A stretch of 64,000 nt of DNA from Limnochordia bacterium. GTDB lineage: Bacteria > Bacillota > Limnochordia > DTU080. The stretch lies in NCBI GenBank assembly GCA_050951545.1, contig JBMNJG010000002.1:96001-160000 (forward strand). Direction: 5' to 3'. Below, piece after piece: positions 50,901 to 59,121 of the stretch. Under the pieces are notes generated by a model. That model had not been told where the DNA came from and made no database searches. It worked only from the letters and a program-made list of their open reading frames with translations. Each line of letters starts with the position of its first letter. The first letter of the stretch is position 1. The position numbers were made by a program, and so were the translations under genes.

Positions 50901-52548
50901 CTATACCGATCCACGTGCGGCTCAGAAGAGTCCTGTTGTACGGGCCGCTGAGGGTCAGTGGTATGACAGGCGCGAATTCGTCAAGGACGAGAACTACATG
51001 CGCTACTCCGTGGGCATTGCGACGGAGCCAGCCCCGGGTGCTACGCTAGAGGGACGCGTCTACGCTGATCGGGATATCCAGCTTCCTCGTTGGCAGGGCG
51101 CTGGTATCGAGGCTAACGTGACAACTGAGGGGATCGTCCAGTCCTTGAGGATTGGTGATCTCGATAGCACTCACGGAACAGGTAAGTTCAGCAAGTACAT
51201 CCTCGACTCAACGAAGTGGGATGCCCAGTTGTATCGCATCAACGGTCTGCAGGGAACAGCGGCCGTCGGCCCCATTTCCGTGCAGGGTGTCGCTGGTCAT
51301 GGTGCGATCAAGCGAGTCAATGTGACTCCTGGTACGGGCAACGACCTGGCTGGGGACGATCTAGGCTCACTGCTTGGCGTAGCAGGCCAGTTGCAGCTGG
51401 GTAAGGTTGCAGAAGCTCGATTTAGCTGGCTCAACATGAAGAACACCTTGGTCTCCAGTCCGCCAGCCCCAGTAACCGCCTACGCCATGGGTATCGAAGG
51501 TGCCTTAGGCAGCCTGCGATACGATGCAGAGGTTGCTGCAGCTCGCGGAGGCAGAAGGCCTCAGGTAGGAGATATCACGCTTTCGCAGTCACTGGGTTCG
51601 GTTTACTGGACTGGTGAGTACGGCTACCGGGGTCCGAAATGGCAACAGCGCTTGGCCGATCCCAGCGTTGACGGTCTGGCCGCACCCTCTGAGCGCTTCC
51701 TCGGAGTTGAAGTTGGCGGTCTGCAGCCTCTGGGCTTTGACACGAAACTGGTGCACAGGACCGTTGAGAACGTAGATGGCAAGCAGGCAGTCTGGATGGC
51801 GCGAGCGGCAAGGGACATGCAGATTTTGGTGCCGCTCACGGCTACGGTGGAGATCGGTTCAAACTCGGCAGACATCGTCGCGAACTCGATGCTGCACGCC
51901 ATGGTCGACCTCTCAGTAGACGACTATGCTCTAGGTGGCTCGAGATTCGTTGTGGATGCTGGCTTCCGACACGAGCAGACACCTCTGCAGGCTGAGGAAT
52001 GGGATCTACGCTGGCGCAATGCAAGCGTAGCTGCTCCGGGTAGCGCCTTGGCAACGCAGTACCAGAACTGGGTGGCAGACACGTCTCGGACGCAGGCTAG
52101 GGCGAAGGCTACTGTGTATCTGGCACCCAAGACAGGGCTGTATGCGGGCGGTCGTCTGGTGAACGAGAGCAAGGTATCCGCTGCGTCACTCCCACGAAAG
52201 ACAGCAGTGGCGGGTGTGTTTACCGAGATGACTGTACTAGGGACAGACCTGAGGGTTCAGGGTGAGTGGTTGAGGGCGAGCGGTGCTCTGGAAGCCAAGC
52301 GCGCGCTGGATCTGAGCGCGTCGCGTGGTATCGGTGAGGGCACATTCGAGGCCCACGCTGGTGTGAGCGATGGTCGGGGTATTGACGCAAAGTGGGTCAA
52401 CACCTTGGACAGTGGGTTCGACTTCAATTACCCGGTTTACCAGAACGCGAACCTACAGGTGAACGGTAAGTTCGTACGCTCGAGAGTGGATGATGCGAAC
52501 GCCTATCGCGATGCTCGCTTGGGCGCAGGATTTGCTCTGGGCTTCTAA
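47995..52548 (+). CDS. OmpM/SlpA-like outer-membrane tether: SLH domain + very long coiled coil + C-terminal beta-barrel
   Basis: FNDVPSDHWAYDAV..LAAAGLVEGYPDG.F.G.R..TRYEMA (SLH); about 860 aa of Ala/Glu-rich heptads; amphipathic beta-strands with terminal Phe (ARLGAGFALGF). Confidence 0.85.
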   Translation: MHKRGLAMAVALIAAIACVLPGVAADSVFNDVPSDHWAYDAVGRLAAAGLVEGYPDGSFGGERTFTRYEMAMVFSHIVDRLDKNVEEQVGQEVAARSADLDRKVADAAVEARKALAAALEAQSKANRAADAAADASSAAEEAGKQALAADSKADQALRQAEAALDASKAMQEVAQAAKLVADEALALAKQPAGTAQVVETDPALVEEVKALRELANEANAAAKRAEAAAEAIKQQHAEDFNECQAAIVEAKAVAAKAETLAKNAATSEELAAVRQAAQDAADAADRAEKLAQSAAQLEDVAQIAAKANDALALAATADARARNAQAEIDYEKRYRYDDSAKVVMRDFVKQSIIEETDAIKRDAPALAKRVLALEGKADEAISAEEAEQIAIRVVGERIRTTAGDAGAQVVACDVTQGDLDAVRTLVDQKAAALNKDMEQLDKEYAAELQALARRVASLEERLAKIDERVTQLDSAPSDAGQVQGLDAIEDDLAALRVEVAALTGNVVGTQSDVAKLAQRLDASEANVASVKSEVGALDQRVKAGEDDVAEVRAEVAALTGNVIDTQSDVAKLADRLSATESGVAKLLAAGKVEPAVAASGVAQADVDAVKADLASVKSDVSDLGQQAKATEDGLAATRTEVAALTGNVVGTQSDVAKLANKLEATEADVGELTGEVEAIGADVDGVKADLASVKSDVSDLGQQAKATEDSLAATRAEVAALTGNVVGTQSDVAGLARRVEDLEGKPDLSGKIDVVESDVASVKSDLGDLGQQAKATEDGLAATRTEVAALTGNVVRTQSDVAKLANKLEATEADVGELTGEVEAIGADVASVKSDVSDLGQQAKATEDGLAATRTEVAALTGNVVGTQSDVAKLAGQVGAIDADITTTKRELGAVEEELETTQRNLTVAKAELDGLRREIGSTRAELADVDKDLQTVKDDLGPIWRWFEATSRTFDAELVYNRVRGNSLYTDPRAAQKSPVVRAAEGQWYDRREFVKDENYMRYSVGIATEPAPGATLEGRVYADRDIQLPRWQGAGIEANVTTEGIVQSLRIGDLDSTHGTGKFSKYILDSTKWDAQLYRINGLQGTAAVGPISVQGVAGHGAIKRVNVTPGTGNDLAGDDLGSLLGVAGQLQLGKVAEARFSWLNMKNTLVSSPPAPVTAYAMGIEGALGSLRYDAEVAAARGGRRPQVGDITLSQSLGSVYWTGEYGYRGPKWQQRLADPSVDGLAAPSERFLGVEVGGLQPLGFDTKLVHRTVENVDGKQAVWMARAARDMQILVPLTATVEIGSNSADIVANSMLHAMVDLSVDDYALGGSRFVVDAGFRHEQTPLQAEEWDLRWRNASVAAPGSALATQYQNWVADTSRTQARAKATVYLAPKTGLYAGGRLVNESKVSAASLPRKTAVAGVFTEMTVLGTDLRVQGEWLRASGALEAKRALDLSASRGIGEGTFEAHAGVSDGRGIDAKWVNTLDSGFDFNYPVYQNANLQVNGKFVRSRVDDANAYRDARLGAGFALGF
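49480..50625 (+). repeat. Intragenic tandem repeats in the OmpM-like stalk
   Basis: Six EVAALTGNV(V/I)(G/D/R)TQSDVA units starting at 49486, 49654, 49912, 50143, 50350 and 50560; the last four units are near-identical at DNA level. Confidence 0.92.
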
Positions 52549-52580
52549 GCACGCAGGTAGCACCGGGATCAGGTTCCGGT

Positions 52581-52620
52581 AAGAAGAAGAGCAGCCCTCG
52601 CACGTGTGCGAGGGCTGCTC
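52581..52620. terminator. Hairpin terminator between convergent ompM-like gene and zur-like gene
   Basis: GAGCAGCCCTCGCAC-GT-GTGCGAGGGCTGCTC; U-rich tract on the minus strand. Confidence 0.75.
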
Positions 52621-52640
52621 GGTGGTTGCAGTGAGAGAAG

Positions 52641-53084
52641 CTAGTTGGGTGGCGATGCCTGAGGGGGGGCCGCTTGGCAGTCGGGGCATAGGCCATATAC
52701 CTCGAAGCTGTGGTCTTGTGCAGAGAAGCCTTCGGCGTGGGCGAGTGAACGTGCCAGATCGCCTATCGCAGTGTCGTGGATATTACGCATGATGCCGCAG
52801 GCGATACAGATGAGATGGTGGTGGTGCGTAGCTGGATGCCCTGTGACGTAGACTTGCTGCCCGTCGACCAGCCGAACTTGCTCCAACACTTTGGCCTCGC
52901 ACAGTAGTTGCAGGGTCCGAAATACGGTGGCGCGACCCACATTGCTGGTCTCCTCGAGGAGCTGACTTGCAGTAAATGGGCCCGACAGCGTAGCGATTGT
53001 GCGCAAGATGGCTTGACGAGGAGCTGTGAGCCTTATCCCTTGTTCACGGGCAAGATGACAAAGCTGGGCGAGAGTCTTGTCCAA
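52641..53084 (-). CDS. zur: Fur-family regulator, probably Zur
   Basis: RLTAPR, GRATVFRTL, HHHHLICIACG, GLCPDC; last gene of a metal ABC operon. Confidence 0.8.
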   Translation of the reverse strand: MDKTLAQLCHLAREQGIRLTAPRQAILRTIATLSGPFTASQLLEETSNVGRATVFRTLQLLCEAKVLEQVRLVDGQQVYVTGHPATHHHHLICIACGIMRNIHDTAIGDLARSLAHAEGFSAQDHSFEVYGLCPDCQAAPPQASPPN

Positions 53085-53134
53085 CTGATCTCAACACTCC
53101 CCCGAGAATCGTTCTGTGCTGAGCGGGCATGTGG

Positions 53135-53956
53135 TCATCCATGGCTTCGTCGCGAGGCAGCCAGAAAGACTGCGAAGAACACGACGACGCTTACGAGAAC
53201 CATGGCGGCTCCTGAAGCGATGTTGAGGTAGTAGGATATATAGAGCCCGCCCACGGCAGCCAAGGAGCCTAATAGGGCGCTAAGCCACATCATCGTATGA
53301 AGGCGCTGACTGAGTAGTCGGGCAGTGGCGGGAGGGGTCACCAACATTGCCAGAACCAGAATCACTCCGACCACCTTCATCGATACTACAATGACGAGCG
53401 ACAGGAGTACCATTAGCCCGTAGTGCAGTGCTTCTACTGGTAGACCAACCGCGGCTGCATAGGTAGGATCGAAACTAAGAATCACCCATCTGCGGTTGAA
53501 CAGCCAGAGGGCGAGAAGTACCAAAACCCCAATGCCGAGCATCGACCAGATGTCAGCGGTGGACACCGCCAGCACATTCCCGAAAAGGAAGTTGGCGAGA
53601 TCAACGCTGTAGGACTTAATGGTGCTAATGATGGCGATGCCCAGGGCAAACATCCCGGACATCAAGATACCGATGGCGGTATCTTGTTTGAGGTCTGGAT
53701 GACGGCCGATGCGACCGATACCGGCGGCGGTCAACAGGCCAGCCATGAAGGCTCCCAGCGAGGTCGGGTGACCCAACACATAGGCGATAGCCGCGCCTGG
53801 GAGGACGGCGTGCGAGAGCCCTCCTCCGAGAAAAGCCATGCCTCTGAGGACCACGTAGGTGCCTACGAGTGACGTGATAGCTCCGGCGAGGGCAGCAGCC
53901 AAGAGTGCTCGGCGCATGAACTCATAAGTGAGAGGTTCAGTGAGCAGATGTATCAT
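53135..53956 (-). CDS. Zn/Mn ABC transporter permease (ZnuB-like)
   Basis: LSHAVLPG, DTAIGI, LFGNVLAV, VGVILVLAMLVTPPATA. Confidence 0.92.
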   Translation of the reverse strand: MIHLLTEPLTYEFMRRALLAAALAGAITSLVGTYVVLRGMAFLGGGLSHAVLPGAAIAYVLGHPTSLGAFMAGLLTAAGIGRIGRHPDLKQDTAIGILMSGMFALGIAIISTIKSYSVDLANFLFGNVLAVSTADIWSMLGIGVLVLLALWLFNRRWVILSFDPTYAAAVGLPVEALHYGLMVLLSLVIVVSMKVVGVILVLAMLVTPPATARLLSQRLHTMMWLSALLGSLAAVGGLYISYYLNIASGAAMVLVSVVVFFAVFLAASRRSHG

Positions 53957-54762
53957 AGTTCTGTGGCTGCCCAGTGGGTGTCGGCCAGAACTCCTAGCTC
54001 GTCACCCTCATCTGATCGCCAGAACACCACCTGTCCATGATAGGTCTCTTGGAGCAAGGCGGGCTGAAAGACCGTCTCGGCAGAACCGAAGGCGACCAAC
54101 TCGCCGTTGAGCAACAGAATCTCAGAGAAGCGATGGCGAGCGAGGCGGAGGTCATGAGTGGCTACCATGACGGTGCCTCCCGCACCAACGAATTCATCCA
54201 GAATGGCCAGGAGCAGCTCTTGCGTCGCTGCGTCGATCTCGTTAAAGGGCTCATCGAGCAGAAATAGGTCCGGTTGCTGAGCGAGAGCGCGGGCGAGAAA
54301 CACTCGTTGTTGCTGTCCTCCGGAGAGCTGTGAGATCGGAGTGTGGCGCAGGCTCGACATACCCACTCTGGTGAGTGCCTCTGTAACGAGAGCGTGGTCT
54401 TCGGGTGACAGACGTCGCCCCGGAAGCACTGCGCCTATCCTACCCATCATGACGACGTCCTCGACGGCCAGCGGGAACTGCCAATCGACTTCTTCGCGTT
54501 GGGGTACATAGGCGACGCGTGAGCGAGCCTGGGTCGGAAGACCGCCAAGCAACTCGATATGTCCTTGCGTGACCGGGATGAGGCCTAGCATCGCCCGAAA
54601 CAGTGTAGTCTTGCCAGCGCCGTTGGGGCCAACGACCGCCACCTGACTGCCAGGGGATATGGTGAGAGAGATGTTGCGCAGGGCGGTACTTTTCCGGGCG
54701 TAGCCTACGCTTACACTCTGCAGTTTTGCCGCTGCTACATGCTGACTTTCGCTGCTGCGCAT
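53953..54762 (-). CDS. Zn/Mn ABC transporter ATP-binding protein (ZnuC-like)
   Basis: GPNGAGKTT, YVPQREEVDWQFP, LSGGQQQRVFLARAL, LLDEP. Confidence 0.93.
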   Translation of the reverse strand: MRSSESQHVAAAKLQSVSVGYARKSTALRNISLTISPGSQVAVVGPNGAGKTTLFRAMLGLIPVTQGHIELLGGLPTQARSRVAYVPQREEVDWQFPLAVEDVVMMGRIGAVLPGRRLSPEDHALVTEALTRVGMSSLRHTPISQLSGGQQQRVFLARALAQQPDLFLLDEPFNEIDAATQELLLAILDEFVGAGGTVMVATHDLRLARHRFSEILLLNGELVAFGSAETVFQPALLQETYHGQVVFWRSDEGDELGVLADTHWAATEL

Positions 54763-54784
54763 CGGCCGTGCCCCCTCTCGTGTA

Positions 54785-55741
54785 TCATAGCAGTCCGTCG
54801 ACGATAGCCTGGGTGTTGAAGCGGATGAGTTTCAGGTAGGTATCAGCCGCTCCCCCGACCTCGGATAGCGAACCCGTGTACAGGCGCACGACACGCACTG
54901 TGTGACCCACTTGGGAGGCGATCGTCTCTGCCAACGCTTTTGGTAGTGTGTCCTCTGTGAAGATAGCCCGGACGCCCTCTTCACGGATGGTCTCTATCAA
55001 AAGACTGAGCTGACGAGCAGAGGGTTCTGCCTCCGGATTAAGGCTGGGAATGATGGTGCCAACGACTCTAAAACCGTAACGGGCAGCGAAATAGGCAAAG
55101 GCGTCATGGTTGGTCACCAGTTTGCGCCGTGCGGCCGGAAGTTGGGCCACACTGGCGCGGACCCAGCCATCGAGTTTCTCCAACTCCGCGTCGAAGGCGG
55201 ATGCGTTTTGCTGGTAGGTAGCGGATCCCGCGGGATCCGCAGCCTCGAGGGCAGTGGCGATGTTTCCCACGTAGATTCTTACCAGATTGGGGTCCAGCCA
55301 GCAGTGCGGGTCTGGTTGACCTTCCTCCATGAGTCGTGTAGGCACACCCTCGGTGGCCGAGATCACCCGGGCCTTGGTGCCTGACGATTGGATGAGTCGA
55401 GTAGCCCAACTGTCAAGGCCTAGGCCATGCACTACTACCAACTGAGCCTTGGCGATGGCGCGCAGATCGGCGGGCACAGGTTGGTAGGTGTGGGGATCGA
55501 CGCCTGGCCGTAGCAATGAGTGCACCTGCACTCGATCTTTCCCGACGTGTTCCACCAGATCGCTGATGATGTTACTTGTTACCACGACTTGCAGTTGGCG
55601 TGGGGCTGTTGTCCTAACAGCCTTTTTCCCGAGTGTCAACGCAACGAGTACCAGAGAAAGGATCGCCAAGAGAGACAAAAGACGCCGGAGCGTCAAGCGA
55701 CGGCCTTGCCCCCAGAGAGCTGACCAGCGCATGTGTGGCAT
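54785..55741 (-). CDS. Zn/Mn ABC transporter substrate-binding protein (ZnuA/TroA-like)
   Basis: DPHTY, DPHCWLDP, NHDAFAYF. Confidence 0.92.
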   Translation of the reverse strand: MPHMRWSALWGQGRRLTLRRLLSLLAILSLVLVALTLGKKAVRTTAPRQLQVVVTSNIISDLVEHVGKDRVQVHSLLRPGVDPHTYQPVPADLRAIAKAQLVVVHGLGLDSWATRLIQSSGTKARVISATEGVPTRLMEEGQPDPHCWLDPNLVRIYVGNIATALEAADPAGSATYQQNASAFDAELEKLDGWVRASVAQLPAARRKLVTNHDAFAYFAARYGFRVVGTIIPSLNPEAEPSARQLSLLIETIREEGVRAIFTEDTLPKALAETIASQVGHTVRVVRLYTGSLSEVGGAADTYLKLIRFNTQAIVDGLL

Positions 55742-55758
55742 CGGCCCCTTCGGCTAAG

Positions 55759-55811
55759 TGATACCTAGTATCAGGTGAGTTCATCGTAACGCTGTGCGGC
55801 ACAGGTGTCAA
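55759..55811 (-). promoter_or_regulatory. SigmaA promoter of the metal ABC operon with Fur/Zur-like box
   Basis: TTGACA(55811-55806)-N17-TACGAT(55788-55783); 15-bp palindrome TGATACCTAGTATCA (55759-55773) resembling the 7-1-7 Fur-family box. Confidence 0.65.
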
Positions 55812-55938
55812 GGGGTATGCTGCCCGGTCGACGGGCCCCGAGGGTCGCCCCAGACTCTGCCGCTGTGCGGCACAGAATGAAGGGAACTAGGCGGAATGGG
55901 GCGAACGTCCTACTATCCAAGAAGCGGAGGTATTTTCG

Positions 55939-56397
55939 TTGAGACAAACGTTACGCGTGACGACTGTCTTGGTCATCGTATTGGCTCTTGCTTGCACAGG
56001 AGTGTTGGCCAGCCAAGGGTTGAACCTGTTCATTGATTTCGAGCAGTTGCCCGAGGCTGTCATTGGAGATTTCACAACCCAGTTCACTGAGGACCTGCGC
56101 GCCTTGCAGGACGTGGCACTAACTGAGCAACCCTTCTTGGCGGATGTTTTTTTGTTCGCCACCGGGTCACCGATTACAGCCGGGGAGTCGGTTATTGGCT
56201 ACTCACTGGCACTGACGTTGCTAGGCGTCCGAGGAGCCGACGACAAAGGTGTCATCCTCTTCATTTATCCATCTGTTATCCCGTTGGTCGTCGGGCCCGC
56301 GCACATTGACTGGGCTGCTAGGCAAGCGGTTCTTGAGTTGAACGCCTACCTGGATTGGTTAGTGGAGGTGGGCGAGTTGCAGGTTGCAGATACATAA
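55939..56397 (+). CDS. Small secreted hypothetical protein
   Basis: GGAGG RBS, signal peptide ending VLA; 3' end overlaps the aroA ORF end by about 50 bp. Confidence 0.6.
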   Translation: MRQTLRVTTVLVIVLALACTGVLASQGLNLFIDFEQLPEAVIGDFTTQFTEDLRALQDVALTEQPFLADVFLFATGSPITAGESVIGYSLALTLLGVRGADDKGVILFIYPSVIPLVVGPAHIDWAARQAVLELNAYLDWLVEVGELQVADT

Positions 56398-57668
56398 GCC
56401 CCCAACCTCTGCAGGTCGGTGAAGAAACTTGGATACGACTTGGCGATGTGCTGGGCGCCCGTTAGCCGTACGGGTTGCTTACAGCGCAGGGCCACGATGG
56501 TGGCACCCATGAGCAGTCGATGGTCGTGATGAGCATCTACTGTGACACCGCCAGGCAGGGGCTCGGGGTTGCCGTGTACGGTAATCGAGTCACGGGTCTC
56601 TTCCAGTTGCGCTCCCATCTTGGCTAACTCGCGGCAATAGTCGGAGATGCGGTCAGACTCCTTGTAGCGGAGGTTCTCAATATTGGTGAAGCGCGACGTG
56701 CCATCGGCAAAGCAGGCCGCTGCCACCATGGCCATGACCGCATCTGTGGCCTGGTCACCGTCGAATTCGACTGCCCGTAGGGGTCGGCCACCGCGCATGC
56801 GCACGTGCCTGGCTGCTCTATCGAACACTACATCAGCCCCCATCGCCTGAAGCACATTCACGATGGCTCGCTCTCCTTGTGCGTCATCACTGAGGCCAGT
56901 AAGCACGACATCTGACTCTACCACAGCAGCGGCAGCAAGAATCGCCGCTGCTCCAGGCCAATCGCCAGGGATGAAGTGATCTCCTGCACGGTAGGACTGC
57001 GGGCCCGTCACGCGAAAGTTGCGCAGACCCTGGTGGGTGACCTCGATCCCCGTGGCTTGTAGCACCTCTAAGGTTTGCTTCAAGAGCGGTGCTGAACGTT
57101 GGGGGCCGCATACCTCAATGTGTGTGATTCCTGAAAGCAGAGGCGCCAGAAAAAGCAGAGCTGTGGAGAACTGTGATGAAGTCGCTCCTGAGACGCATAC
57201 GCGGCCACCTCGGTGGAGGCCACCGCTCACAGCAATGGGCAGTCTGCCATCTTGCGACTCGCAGTGACAGCCCAAAGAAGACAGGGCCTGCAACAGGTCA
57301 TGGTGCGGGCGTCGGCCTAGAGATTCGGGGTAGGGAGTGGTAAAACGGGTGGGAGCGGGCAAGGTGGCGGCTATCGCCATGAGAAACCGCGCCACAGCTC
57401 CCGCATTCCCGACGTTGAGTTCGCCGGGAGAAAGCAAGTGCCCCCCAGTGCCCGTCACTACGAGGCCGTCTGGGACCCGTTCGATGCGGGCCCCCAACCT
57501 CGTGCAACACGTCACCATCACTCGTGCATCATCGATATCGGCCGGATTGCGCAGTACCGATACACCCTCAGCTAAGGTAGCCGCTAAGACATAGCGGCTT
57601 GTGTAGTTTTTCGATCCGCCCACTAGCAGCCTGCCGACAAGCTTTGGCGAATGATGCACGGTGATCAC
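56346..57668 (-). CDS. aroA: 3-phosphoshikimate 1-carboxyvinyltransferase (EPSP synthase), divergent SKNY-type
   Basis: GSKNYTSR, GNAGAVARF, SSQF, LRYKESDRI, HDHR. Confidence 0.82.
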   Translation of the reverse strand: MITVHHSPKLVGRLLVGGSKNYTSRYVLAATLAEGVSVLRNPADIDDARVMVTCCTRLGARIERVPDGLVVTGTGGHLLSPGELNVGNAGAVARFLMAIAATLPAPTRFTTPYPESLGRRPHHDLLQALSSLGCHCESQDGRLPIAVSGGLHRGGRVCVSGATSSQFSTALLFLAPLLSGITHIEVCGPQRSAPLLKQTLEVLQATGIEVTHQGLRNFRVTGPQSYRAGDHFIPGDWPGAAAILAAAAVVESDVVLTGLSDDAQGERAIVNVLQAMGADVVFDRAARHVRMRGGRPLRAVEFDGDQATDAVMAMVAAACFADGTSRFTNIENLRYKESDRISDYCRELAKMGAQLEETRDSITVHGNPEPLPGGVTVDAHHDHRLLMGATIVALRCKQPVRLTGAQHIAKSYPSFFTDLQRLGAYVSATCNSPTSTNQSR

Positions 57669-57670
57669 GG

Positions 57671-58945
57671 CTACGCCTCTTTCAGCCAGTCTTTGGCCAA
57701 GCGCTGTCCCTGTTGTACCAGGGTTTCCTGCAACCTACGTATTGGCAACTCCCGCGGATCAAGGGCACAGTCGGCACACATCGCTGCTGCCACACCAGCG
57801 GCCTGACCGATCCCGAAGACGATCGGCATCACGCGGATAGCCGAATGGGCCTCATGTGTGGACGAGATGGAGCGTCCACCGATAAGCAGGTTCTTGAAGC
57901 CTTTGGGGATTAGGCTGCGGAAGGGGATGTCGTACCATTCGCCAGGGGGTATGCGCTTGATGATAGTACCCGTTCCGGCCGGGTTGTGAATATCAACCGA
58001 GTAGCTACCGCGGGTGATGCAATCGTCAAACTTGCGGGCGGCGAGGCAGTCTTCGGCAGACAACAGGTACTCGCCCATGACCCGGCGGCTTTCGCGTACT
58101 CCAATCTGCACGGCCGTCGATTGCAGGTAGGCATTCTCGAAGCCTGGGATTTCGCGACGCAAGAACTGGGCAATCTGCCATGCTTGTCGCCGAGCCTCGA
58201 CTTCAGCTTCGGTAAGCTGTTGGGCGTCAGTGGCATCTTTCATGACCACGCGCGTGGTGTTAAAGTGGATAACGTCGGGTTCGGTGGTGAAAAACCACAG
58301 GACATTTTCCCGCGGGCACTGCAGTTCATTGCGCTCCTTGGCGGCAATATAACGATCAGTTATCTGTTGGCGGGAGGGCACACGGGCGGCGTCCACTCGA
58401 GCCATACGGAAATTCAGGGTCATAGGTTGGGATAGCCCATCCTCTGGGCGACCCTTCTCGATCTGAGCTCCCGCAAAGGCTGCCAAGTCGGCATCGCCAG
58501 TAGAATCGACAAACATAGGAGCCGCAAGTGTCATCAGCCCGCTTTTCGTGGCGATTTCAATGGAACGGATTCTGCCGTTGCTATCCGTCTGTGCACCAGC
58601 TAAGAACGCATGGTAGAGCAACTCAACCCCAGCCTCTTGGCAGAGCTCTTCGGCAGCAATCTTGAATACCTCGGGGTCAAAGGCATAGGGGGCCTTCGGC
58701 GAACCATATCCTTCCATGGACTGCATCTTGGCGATCATGTCTTGCAGAACACCAAAGATGATCTGCTGACCGCCAGCATGAAAGGTCATGAACGGATTGA
58801 CCAGCATGGCGGTAGCACCGCCACCCAGAAATCCATAGCGCTCAATCAGAAGGGTCTTGGCGCCAGCCCGGGCTGCACCGAGGGCTGCTCCTATACCTCC
58901 TGGCCCACCTCCGCACACGACTACGTCATACTTGCTTAGTGCCAT
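57671..58945 (-). CDS. FAD-dependent oxidoreductase (FAD_oxidored family)
   Basis: GGGPGGIGAA, DSTGDADLA, GVRESRR, YDIPFRSLIP, GRSIS..H.A....RVM...GQAAG. Confidence 0.88.
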   Translation of the reverse strand: MALSKYDVVVCGGGPGGIGAALGAARAGAKTLLIERYGFLGGGATAMLVNPFMTFHAGGQQIIFGVLQDMIAKMQSMEGYGSPKAPYAFDPEVFKIAAEELCQEAGVELLYHAFLAGAQTDSNGRIRSIEIATKSGLMTLAAPMFVDSTGDADLAAFAGAQIEKGRPEDGLSQPMTLNFRMARVDAARVPSRQQITDRYIAAKERNELQCPRENVLWFFTTEPDVIHFNTTRVVMKDATDAQQLTEAEVEARRQAWQIAQFLRREIPGFENAYLQSTAVQIGVRESRRVMGEYLLSAEDCLAARKFDDCITRGSYSVDIHNPAGTGTIIKRIPPGEWYDIPFRSLIPKGFKNLLIGGRSISSTHEAHSAIRVMPIVFGIGQAAGVAAAMCADCALDPRELPIRRLQETLVQQGQRLAKDWLKEA

Positions 58946-59121
58946 CGCAACGACCTCCTGGTTCGTGCTTTCGGGTCAGGTTCTGGCTTCGCTCTCGTTG
59001 CGAAACCTCCTGCTCAGCCAAGTCTGTCATATGAGGGGCCGTTGACCGGGAAGCAGGAATGCGCAAGGTGCTTCTGGTAAGAGTCTTCATGCAGAACGTA
59101 ATAGGTTGAGGTGGCTAAGCT

